Assembly (NCBI GenBank): GCA_013265495.1
Contig: MU061578.1
Coordinates: forward strand, 3,791,308-3,855,307
Length of the DNA stretch: 64,000 nucleotides
Origin: Vicugna vicugna
Taxonomy: Eukaryota
Direction of reading: 5' to 3'
The position numbers and the translations under genes are program-made. The notes beneath the pieces are model-generated. The model saw nothing but the letters and a program-made list of their open reading frames with translations, was not told the origin of the DNA and searched no databases. Positions 50,740 through 61,560 of the stretch are shown here, piece by piece. Position 1 is the stretch's first letter; every line of letters begins with the position of its first letter.

Positions 50740-50950
50740 GTTTAGAAATTGCTGTGCAGTCATTCATTTAAAACAATAATAAACCCGTTATGTGCTAACA
50801 TAGCATTTTGCTTTATGAAAAACATCTATATTGTCCAAAATGTAAAAAATAGCCAGAAGAGGGGTATTTCAGGGTTTTGCAAGTCTCTTGACCACCTTTC
50901 CTGATGGAAGAATCAGAGATGGCAGGATCTCTCCTGCTCTGTGTGCCCCT
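50740..50950. mobile_element. Charlie1-like hAT transposon fragment
   Basis: ttaaaacaataataaacccgttatgtgctaacata...tatgaaaaacatctatattgtccaaaa...agccagaagagggg...ttttgcaagtctctt. Confidence 0.75.
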
Positions 50951-51938
50951 GAGCGCGAGTGAGGAAGGGGTGAGTGCTGGTCCTACTGAGGACCCTCAGT
51001 CTAGGGCAGCAGCACTCACTCAGGATTCCCGGGGCTTCTTCCGAAAGGCTACCTCCTGGGGTGGAGGTGTCGTCTGGATCCCCGCTTTCCAGGTGGCTGT
51101 CTGCCCCAACCCATTTGGGCAGTTGGGCCAAGGGTCTGGCTGGTCACCCCGGCCCTATGGGCTCGGGACCCAGAAGGCACATGCTTTGAGGAGAAAGAGT
51201 AACGCTCACCAGCAGCAGATGTAAGTTTCACTTTTCACCACAGACACAGGGACTCACTGTCTCCCTTCTGGAGGGGGTGTCAGCCAGCAGCTCCCCCAGT
51301 GTGGGCCCAAGCCCTCAGCCAGGCTGAACTCAAGGGGGAGACTGTGTCTCGGCCAGGCTGAACGGGGCCTGTGAGCACTGAAAGGGAAGACCTTGCTCTG
51401 GTCAGGCTGTTGGGGGTCCAGTCCTGCCCAGGGCCTCTCCCCCAGCAGGGGCCATCAGCATCTTCCTGGACATATGGCAGCGGCGGCAGCAGTGAGAGTG
51501 CGGACAGCCTGCTGCGCTGGAGAGGGGAGAGGCACCCCATTGTTAGTTTAAAAAAATGACTCAGACGATTCACAGAAGCCTTCCTTTTCCTGCCGGTTTC
51601 CAAGAATTCTGCTCCAACATAATGGATCGAGTTATTAGGGGATCGATGCAGACGCGGGTGGCTGGAGGGAAGCCAGGATGGGCGAATCAGCATGCCCGGC
51701 TGTGAGACTCCCCGGGGCCCAGGCCTGCGGTCAGGGGGCCACGGGGCAGGGGGCAGCCAGGGGCAAGTGCCCACCCCCACTGGCTGGGCCACCAGCTTGT
51801 GGTGGGAGATGGGGCCACAGGGGACCAGGGACCTACTATGTACGTGGTCCTTTGTGTGTGTGTGTGCGCACGCGCGACCACCTGCACACAGGTGTGTCCT
51901 GATGAGGCTGTCTTTGGTTCATGACTCACAGAAGGTGG

Positions 51939-52120
51939 GGCCCTACTGTGTGCATAGGCCTCTGTTCCCAAGCCCCACCTGCCGTGAGGCCCACTGTGTA
52001 CATGATCCATTGAGAGTGAATTCGTACTGTGTGCCCAGGCCTAAATCCAAGCCCCACATAATTCAAGGTCCTGTTGAGTGTGTGATTCTATTAGGAGTGA
52101 GGCCCTACTGTATGCAGAGG
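51939..52120. repeat. Degenerate ~81-bp tandem repeat, ~2.3 copies
   Basis: tactgt(g/a)tgc at 51944/52025/52106; ccaagccccac at 51968/52047; gagtga at 52014/52095. Confidence 0.75.
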
Positions 52121-52429
52121 TGTAGCTACCCTGCAAAGTTGGCAGTATAAAGGGGTCTCCCGAGGGTCTGCTATTCTTTGGGTGGGAGGGTGAGGTCCCG
52201 AAGGACCCCTCATAACTCTACTGGTATATGCTTGCTCCATGAAGCCCTAGTTGTGGGGTAGCGGGAGTGAGGTGAGGTCGGGAGGGGTTGCCTCTCTGAC
52301 TTAGTGTCACTGGCCCCCATTCTGCCCACCCCTGCTGCTCTGTCATCACTCACCCACTTCCACTGCAGGCTTGGCCACAGGCTGCAGTGCCCCTGCTAGT
52401 CAAGATGCTCTCCCTTCCCTTGGTTCAGG

Positions 52430-52610
52430 CTGGAAATATCCCTCACTGGATTCATGTCCTCGCTGTCATGTGTGGCTGCACGATGCATCACCTGTCCTTC
52501 AGTGTCCTCTTCCTGGCTCTATGAAGCCTGGCCTTGTCTGTTCCCTCAGTCCAAGGACCTGGGGCAGTGTCTCCACACAGTACGTGCTCAGTAAACCACT
52601 GGGTGAGGCA
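52430..52610 (+). mobile_element. L2 3' terminal fragment
   Basis: gccttgtctgttccctc...ggcagtgtctccacacagtacgtgctcagtaaac. Confidence 0.5.
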
Positions 52611-53954
52611 GAGTTGCTCCTGGGCTAGTTCAGGAAACTTCCTGGGGGAAGAACCCTCAGCATGGATTTTGAGGGATGAATAGGGGTGTTCCCAGGGCAG
52701 GAAGGTAGATGGGCGTTGCACACAACAGGCTTATCAAGACTAGACCCAGGAGGGCACATCATCCAGGTGTTTAACACTGCTTTAGGCCCTCCCCATTGCT
52801 CTCCGGTCCCCAGCAGCCTGGGCTCTGCCACTGCGTCCTCCATGCACACCTGGCCTGGGCCTATGATGCTTCAGGACATCCTGGTGGCTGGACCCTTGTC
52901 CTACCCGCTGGTCACACGGTGCACCCCGGCCAGGCTCCTACGCAATGCTTTCCACTTCGCTGCAAATTGGCCGGCATAATGGCTCGGCTGGGTTCTCAGC
53001 TTAAAGAATTTCAGCCCATTAAATGCAAATACTGTGTCGTTTGAAATTTTTGTGCACCGTTGGTGTTGAGGGTGTGCCACGCGGGGCTCTAATTAGCATC
53101 TGATGGGAGCCTTGTCGCCGGTCCTGTTGTAACATCTCTCTTGTCTCTGGGCACAGGGTGCCAGCTTGAGCACATGCTGATGTTTTGGAAACTCGGGGTC
53201 CTGGCCCCTGCCCGCCCATGCTGATGGCTTTTCTGGAAGCTCTGAGGGCCTAGCTGTGCATAGCCTGCCAGGGATGGGTCTCGGTTGGGTCTAGGGGCCT
53301 GTACCTTGCAGAGTTGGAGGCCGGCTACCTCTGCCTGCAGCAGCACAGGGAGACTGCCTGTGTTTGTGTGCCCCAAGGTGCTAGGACTTCCTTTGTGACA
53401 TAGGTAGAGAGCCTGGGCACCGGGGGGTGAGTGGGGTTGGGAGCGGGGTTGGGTCGGGGAGCACCTGGCGTCACACCACAGACGGCAGGCTTGGCTACTT
53501 TGGGAGGCTGAGGGTGGAGTCTGCAGTGGAGCAGGTGGCTCCCACGCATGGGCAGTAGGAAGCAAGGCCCCTTGGGGCCAGCAGGGGCCAAGTCTGTGTA
53601 TCTGGGGATGATTCCCAGAGAGCTTGGGACAAGGGACACAGGATTAGGTGTCTACTGGGGCCTGGGGCTGGCCAGGCCAGAGTTCTCTGTGATCTGGGAG
53701 GTGACATGCCCCGAGCCTTGGTTTATCCACCAGGAAAACTGCGATGCTGTAAGGGGACACAGGGCCCCCACCATGGCAGGGGAGTCACCGCTGTCCAGTT
53801 GTCTTTCTGGGCAGTGAAACCCTCCAGCAATTTCCCAAATCTCTTCACTGAACTTTTGGAACTTGTGGGACAGGCAGCGCCCAGCTGGGGGTTGAGCCAG
53901 GACTGACCATGGGACAGGAAGGGTCTCCTAAGGATGTGGTGGCACTTGTGAGGG

Positions 53955-54332
53955 AGTATTTGCATAAGGTGGCTGTAACAAAGCACCCTAGACAGGGCAG
54001 CTCAAACAACAGACATTTATTTCCCCCTGGTCCTGGAGGCTGGATATCTGAGATCAGGGTGTCAGCAAGCCGGTTTCTCCCAGGGCCCCTCTCTCTAGGC
54101 TTGTAGGCAGCCGTCTCCTGTGTCCTCACTTGGCCTTCCCTCTGTGTGTATCTGTGTCCCGATCCCTTCTGTTTAGAGGGATACAATCGAATGGGATTAG
54201 AACTCAACCTAATGATCTCACTTTACCTTCATCAGCTCTATAAAGACCCATCTCCAAGTATAGCCACATTCTGAGGTTCTGAAGGTAGGGCTTCAGCATA
54301 TGAATTTGGAGCGGACACAATTCAGGACATAT
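53955..54332 (-). mobile_element. MLT1B-like solo LTR (reverse)
   Basis: ggctgtaacaaagcacc...aacaacagacatttatttc...ctggaggctggatatctgagatcagggtgtcagc...tctccaagtatagccacattctgagg...ggacacaattcag. Confidence 0.9.
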
Positions 54333-57300
54333 CCTTCCATACCAGGGAGGGCTAGGGGCCGGGAGCTGAAGGGATCTAGAGTGAGAAGGAATGGCCCATT
54401 GCGGGTGGCTGGGCAGGGAAGGTGCCTCACACTTGGGGTAAAATTGTCTGACCTTGAGCCGCAGTCAGGGCTCTGTTCTGTCCATCCCCCTACCCCCACC
54501 CACCAAGCAGGACCACTGGCCCTGGACTTAGGGCAGGATCTTCAAGGACACCAGTGGTGGCAGTAGTGTGTAAGTGTCAGGGTCAGGTGCTGGATGGGTG
54601 GACAACAGGGGACCTGGTGCCCCTGGACGGGCAGTGGCCTTGGAAGGTGCAAGGGGACAGCAATGCTGGGATGCTGAGCCCAGGTCCAGCCAGTTTCACT
54701 TTGAAATCAACGTTCTGAGGGTCTGGGCCGTCCTTTTTAAATGTCACTGCTATTAATAACACTGCTGGTGGAGGGGAGGGCAGGGCCAAGGCCAGACACC
54801 CAGCCGACATCCCAGCCTCCCTGGCCAGAGAGCCTTGGGGGTGCTGTGCCCTGTGTGGAGCAAGCGAGGCTGACTTGACCTTCGCAGAGGGGCTGGGACC
54901 TGGGACCTTGTGCCCAGTTCAGTGGTGTGGGTAGGGGGTCTGCTTGGGGATAAGAGTCACATCCCCATGCCCTGAGGAGACAAGAGACCTCAGTGGGCCT
55001 TGAACTTACTACACCACCAAGAGCTTTTTTCTCTGGGGCCTCTGTATGTGGTTTGTAAGACGGGACGTCAGAATCTGTGGCCTCCAGTCCCCGCCGCCCA
55101 TATTGGGCTGAGCCTTCCAGAGGCTCCTTGGCAGCTGTGTGGGCAGGTCCTGGGCTATCCGTACCCTCTGTGGGGAAGGAAGAACAAAGCTTAGGTGGTT
55201 GAAGCTAGTGGTTCCAGAGGCAACCTGGGGAGACTGGACCAGGATGGACATCCAGGAATTGGTAGTTGCCCTTGGATCTAGGGCATGAGAAGGGGATGCC
55301 AGAGGGTGGGTCTGGATTCTGCCCCCTGGGGAGAGGGTTCTGTCTCAGTCAGGACTCAGGGTGGGGCTCCAGGAGGGCTCCCCACAGACCTGCAGGGGAG
55401 GTTCTGGGAGCAAGATGCTCCTGGCTCCTGCTGCTGCTGCCCCCACCCCCAGGCATATGTCAGAGGCTGGTCGCCCTGGTCCCCTACCACCATGAGCCTC
55501 ACCCACCCACAGGTTCTCCTCGGGGTGGTTTGACACAGAAGGCAGCCTCTCTGTCTTGTGATCCCAGGATTGCCAGATGCCTGGCCAGCTCACTCTGCTC
55601 CTCGGGCCGGCCTGAGCCCCTGCCCAGCTCAGGTGTGGGAAGTCACTGTCCTGACAGAGCTTTTGACTTGGCAGCCTCTGTGTCCAGCATCTGTCTGGTG
55701 TTTGACCCTCGATAGCCCACCGGGCTGCTCTGCTGGAGCAGCTCTGCTCTGGAGGGTAGGAGACCACCTTAACTCCCCATGCCTGGAACTTGTCTGAAAG
55801 GTTCTGGGTGCTGCCTTTGGGTCCCCTGATAAGTGGCTCCCAGCCTGCAGGAGGACAGGCCCATTCAGCAGGATTGCTGCTGCGACTTGGAGCCTGGGGA
55901 GTGGACACCGGGCTGTAGAGGGCGCTTGACCCCCAAGGCTGGCACTCAGCCTCGGCATGCTGCTCTCCAAACCTGCCTGGGGTGGAAAAACACGCCGAGG
56001 CCCCCAGCCGCCATCCCCACCCTGGGGAAGGGGCTCTATTTTTATCCAGTGCTTAGGGAATCTTGACCACTACAAAGTTTGGGAAGGTGCCTGGGGGCCT
56101 GTGGGAGGGTGCCTGGTCCCATCTGTGGGTGGGGACTGGATTCTGGGGTCCCTGACCTCAGCCCCGAGGGGCTGTGCATCTTTTCCTCCACCCAAAAAGA
56201 AGGCCCTGGCTGACCCAGCCCTTGGGGCGGGGAGCCTGGGGGTGTGCCATGTGCTATGGGAGAGCAGGCAGGCCTCGGTGGGTAGGCAGTGCTGTTGCGA
56301 AGCCCAGCCTTCCTTCTTAATAAATGTCTGGTTGCCAGGCAACACTCGTGGGGAAGCCGCATTTGCAGGGAGCCGCCAGTGTTTGAGGGCACGGGGACGC
56401 ATCTGCTCCGGAGTTACCAGACGATGTGCCTGCTGTCAGGGTGACCAGGTCCCCGCGTGTGCAGAGATCTACGTCCGCATGTGGAGTGTGTTCCCACCAC
56501 GTGTCCGGGGTTATGAGCCAGGTCTTAACACAAAGGGTGAGACCACCGCGTCACCATCTCAGTGTGCAAAGACATGAGAGACTTGGCCGCAGGGGGTCCA
56601 GCACTTGAGAGCAGGGCAGGGGTGGCTGAGACGAGGAGATCACGTCCTACGGCCGTGCCCAGGCGGTGGAGGCCCTGCTGGGGGGCCATGAGGGGTCCTC
56701 TCACCCTGATTCTCCTGTGGGAAGGAGCCTCCTTCCGCCAGCTTTCTGCAGGCCCCGGGTCCCCTCTCTGGGGACAGCTTGCTGGCTGGGGTGGGGGCGG
56801 GGCGCTCCAGGCCGGGTTCCCATGGAAGGAGCCAGCAGTCCCCTGGGGTCGCTAATTCAGGCCGCAGGCAGCTGTGCAGTGGTGCTGAGGCAGTTATTTC
56901 TGGCTCGGAGAATTCCTACCCAGAGCAGGCCCCACAAGCCTGTCCCCACAGCCAGGCAGTCATCTTCCCCAGGGGCCCCTCCTGGCTCTGTGCCCCCTGC
57001 CCACGCCTTTGCCTTCCAGGGTCTGGGGCTGTGCAGAGCCCCCACGGGGGAGGGGAGGACCAAGACAGGCAGAAGTGTGGCTGGAAAGAGGCTTCACCTG
57101 GCGAGATCAGCCCCTCCCACCTTTGGTCCCAGGACAGAGCCAGTCTGAGGGGGCATTTCCCCAGCCCTCAGCTGCTCCCAGCAGGAACTGTGCCAGAGCC
57201 GTGACATGGCGCTCCTTCAGGAAAGCTGGTAATAAGGGGGAGAAACAGGTTGGGGGTGGCTCCACTTTCAGGCAGGAGCATTGCTGGGGGGAGGTCTGTG

Positions 57301-57664
57301 GGCCCACAGAGCACTTGCACGTGCTGCCACCAAGTGGCTGGCGGGGATTTCCACAAGCCTCTGTAGCCTGCACAGGCCAGCTTCCTGCAGGTGGTGTTCG
57401 GAGGTGGAGACGGGACACTTTTCCACTCATTCATCCCTTGAAAATAATCCAAAATCAAGCTCTTTATTAAGAGCTGAGCAGACATTAGCGCTCTTCCTAA
57501 TTAGCTAGTAAAATTGGGCATATTTTAAATTTTAGGGAGCTAGGCATGTGCTCAGGTTCTGTGGTTTCTGAGCGAGCATTTCATTTAGTCCTGGGGGTGG
57601 AGAAATTCCTCCTGGAGAAACTAGACCGCTGGCCCCTTGTCTCAATGCCACCACCTTGAAGATG

Positions 57665-57835
57665 TGCACGTTTGTGTGGTTGTGATGGTGTGTGTGAGCG
57701 TATATACACATGATGGTGTGTGTGCACAGGATTGTGTGTTTAGTGTATGTGTGTGAGCACATATATACGTATGTCATGGTGTGCGTGCATGATTGTTGTA
57801 CGTGTGTGCTAGACGTGTATGTGCATAGACGGTCC
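57665..57835. repeat. TG-rich low-complexity repeat
   Basis: Interrupted (tg)n/(tgta)n tract. Confidence 0.85.
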
Positions 57836-60800
57836 TGCCCAGATGCACACATGGGAGTAGGCAGTGAACATACGCCCAGTCACAGGTGTTGTGGTGCCAG
57901 GGGCACAGGCTCGCTCTTGCCAAGGCCTGCTGCTGTGTGCTGTGCCCACCCCCCGGCTCTACCAGGCTGGAGTTGAGGGGCTGCCCACCACCCCATCCCT
58001 CTCCCTCCCATGGCAGATGGGCGCAGACCGCCAAGGTGAGAACTGCTCTGCCCAAGTGAGCTCAGAAATTTAATAGGGAGGGAGGTGGGTACCCATGCCC
58101 TGAGCTCCTCAGAACAACGTGGCAATTACACCCAGTCTCCCGGCACTGGGCTCTGCTGGGGCAGGAGACACGCATCATGGCCGCACAGGGGTCTGACAGT
58201 GGTTCTCTGTCTTGCAGGCCCAAGTCCTCAGTGTCCAGGGGTCTGGGGAAGGGGTCCCGTGTAGGCCAGGGTCAGAGCTGGCTTCCAGAGGAGCTTCTAG
58301 GTGCAGTTCCAAAGTCTCCTGTGCCACTGGCACAGGGAGATGTCCTCAGAACACACATTTGGGTCCTGGAGAAAGAATGTTCTGGCAGCCGCAGCTGGCC
58401 ACTTGAGGGGTGATGAGCTCCCATCACTGGGGTGGGTGGCAGGCCTTGGTGGGAAGTGGGCTCCCAGCCCCTCGGCTTCCTAGGGGAGACGCTCTGCCAG
58501 GAACAGTCCAGCCCCTTGAGCTCCCCCATGTGACCTCGAGCCAAGGTTGAGAACAAACAGCTCCATGTTTGGCCGGCTCTCCTTGCTCCCCACCCCACTG
58601 AGCAGAACGAGTGAGTCACGCGGGTCTAGGCCATGATGGGGGGACGGGCGGGGGGTGGGGACCGGCTTCCTGAGGCAGGGGTCCAGCCAGAGTGAAAGCT
58701 CTAGGGCAGTTGGGGTGCAGAGCAGAGGGCCAGTCAGGGAGAGGCCCGCGAGGCGCAGCCCAGGCACGAGCGCCGGGAGCGGCTGCAGGCAGGGCCCCTG
58801 CGTGCTGCAGGCCTCGTGGTCTGCTCCTGACCCCGAGCCCTGCCCCACGTGAACATGGCAGGCCGCCAGGCCCCTGTGACAGAGCAGGAGGGGAGTGGGG
58901 GTGCTGCCGTGCCCCACAGTGGCCAGGACAGATCCCACTACTGTGATGCTGGGTGAGCTGTGTCCAGGGAGTTGTGGGACAGGTGAGCAGACGTGGTTCC
59001 AAGGGGCATGAGTGGCCTGCAGGGACTACCGGCCGTCTGTCCCCACAAGTGCAGATAAATGGGCAACTTGGATCCCTTGGTAGTCCAGGACCCTTCCGTG
59101 TGCAGAGCCACTGTGGGGGAAGGGCAGGGAAGGGGCCAACAGGACTTTTCGTTTCTAACTTCAAAATAACCTGCCTGCAGCTGCCACCAGCCACACAGCC
59201 TACTTCTCACTAATCTCTTGTGTTTCCCTCCCAACTTCCTTCTCGAATACTAACAGGGCCGTCTGGATCCACCCCCCCAAGTTGAAACCCTGTGGTGGCT
59301 TCCCATGGGGTGGGTTGGGGAGGCTGGGGGCTGAGCCTCCGGGGATCCCCAGGCTGGGAAAGCCCCCTCCTCAGCCCTAAACTTGCCCAAGTCCTCCTCA
59401 CCTGTCAGCAGCTTGTTGTCATGTCAATGGCCTCAGCTGAAAGAGAGAAACTTCCTTCAATTGTGATCCCACCCTCAGAGGCCCCTCTAGCGGCCCACCT
59501 CACTCTCTCCCGGCTTCAGGATGGCTGTGCTCAGGCGCTGCTCCGAGAGCTCCGAGAGCAGCGTCCGCTCCCATACCCTGTTGGATGAGGTTTCTGTCAC
59601 CTTGCCCAGGAGGCAGGGGTTCCCTAGCGTGATGGCAGGTCCTGGATGGCACAGTGTGCTGGGATCCCTGACTGGCTTTGTCCTGAGTCCTTGAGGGGTG
59701 GGTGCCTGCTTCCCCCTGTCCTGAGGTCAGGATCCCTCCACATTAGGGAGATCAGCATACCCTCAGGGGCAGGGGCCCTGCTCCCATGTCCCTACAGGCA
59801 GTGGCCTGGGCACCCCCCAGGGAAAGGAAGCAGCTGGCCTGGCTCAGATGCCAGGTTGCAACTGAGGGATGTAGCCACAGGGATGTCTGTGTCTGCTTGG
59901 GGGGCTCCTGGTGGACCCAGCACAGCTGCGGTGGGGCTCCCTCACCCCCCCCCATATCCCCTGTTTCAACCTTCTGGTCTTGGCCGTACTGGCTTCACCT
60001 CCGCCTATTTCCCCAGTCTGCAATCCATGTGAGGGGCTGGCTTAGAAGAGCCCTCTAGAGTAGAGATCAGGGTGCCTGAGCCCCAGCACTGTCACTGTCC
60101 CCCTGGGGGGGACCAGCATGCATAAGCACCTGCACATGTGTCCACATGTGTGTCAGGTGACCCAGCTGCCTGTTCTGTTCCACGGCCTGAGGCCCCCAGA
60201 TCTGCAGGCGAACCTCCCACCCCTGGCTGGGCCCCATCACCGCAGGAGGAGACTTAATGAATTACCTCACTAGTTAAGTTAATTAGCCTAAAGTGCTTGT
60301 GGAAGAACCACCTCCAGTCTCCAGGGAAGGTACATCTGCCCTGGGGTCTGCTGGTGCTGCAAACCAGGCTGGAGCTGAAGTGTTCAGGTCTCAGGGGTTT
60401 CCCTCTTCCTGGACCCTCTGGCCGCATGTAGAGAGTGGCACCCTTGGACATGGGTGGCCCTCTGCTGCCTTCAAAGGCAGCGCAGGAGCTGCCCACGTGC
60501 TGCTGAGGCAACACCACTTGGTATCCACCCAGGCTGTCAGCACAGACACCCCTGGTGCCAGGCCTGACCCCCCAGTGCACCCTCAAGTCCTGGCAGGGTT
60601 CAGGGCTCCAGGCCCACACTCCCAGGCCTCAGCAGGTCTCCAACTCTGTGGGTCTCCATCCCTCTCCTGTAAGTGATGCCCCAAACCTCCAGGGACTTGG
60701 GCTGGACCCTCAGGCAATAGTCTGCTCTCTGGGCTCAGGGCCCTGGTAGGGACCCTGCCTGTGAGGCAGCCTGGGGGATTCCCACGAGCCTGGGGCCCAC

Positions 60801-60987
60801 CTTCTGGAGGCACACTTCAAACAGTATCACCCAAGGCTCGGCAGAATGCCACCAGAAGATTCTGGAATGCTGGGGGCCCTTGTGCCCCTCAGGAGGTCCA
60901 CCACTCCGCCCAGGTGCTGGGTCTCTGAGTCTGTCCTAACGGTGCTTTGAGTTATTCTCCCAGCAGGCTTAGGGTTCCAGCCAGATA

Positions 60988-61560
60988 GCGTTATTGAGAA
61001 GAAAAGCCCAACTCTGCAGAATGTGACCATTGTGAAATTCATAACCGTGACATTAGCCATTTTAAAAGGAACAGTTCAGCGGCATTTAGTATATTCACCA
61101 TGTGGCCAACCACCATTTCTAATTCCAGAGTATTTCCATCAACCAAAAGGGACCCTCAATGCCCCTGTCCCAGCCCCCAGTACCCACTGATTCACTACAT
61201 CTAGACTTGCCAGTTCTGGATGTTTCATATAAATGGGATCATACAAAATGTGGCCCTCTCTTTGTGGCCTCTCACCACGTTTTTAAGGTCCATCCATCTG
61301 TGTTGTACTAGGTGTCAGTACATCACTCCTTTTTGTGACCGAGTAGTACTCCAGCACATAGATGGACTACATTCTGTTTGTCCATTTGCCGTTTGGGGTT
61401 GTTCCCACCTTTTGGCTGTAGCAAACCATGCTGTTGGGAATGCACATGTGCGTGTGCATTGAGGACTGGTTCTGGGTGTGTGCCTGGGCCATATGGGACT
61501 TAAGGTTTAATCATCTGAGGAGCTTCCAACATCTGAGGAGCTTCCAAACTGTGGTGACTC
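60988..61560 (-). mobile_element. L1MB-like 3' end, antisense in intron 2
   Basis: ttagccattttaaaaggaacagttcagcggcatttagtatattcac...ttctggatgtttcatataaatgggatcatacaa...gaggagcttccaaactgt. Confidence 0.85.
61512..61547. repeat. Perfect 18-bp tandem duplication inside L1
   Basis: catctgaggagcttccaa x2. Confidence 0.9.

Noticed and set aside
40255-54332. Inverted MLT1 pair as a dsRNA/ADAR substrate
   Set aside because: Copies are ancient and too diverged from each other for long duplexes.
55765-55789. CACCTTAAC followed by AC 15 nt later (U12 acceptor-like)
   Set aside because: Downstream sequence does not encode exon 3 (WFEHVSM); about one CCTTAAC is expected by chance in 32 kb.
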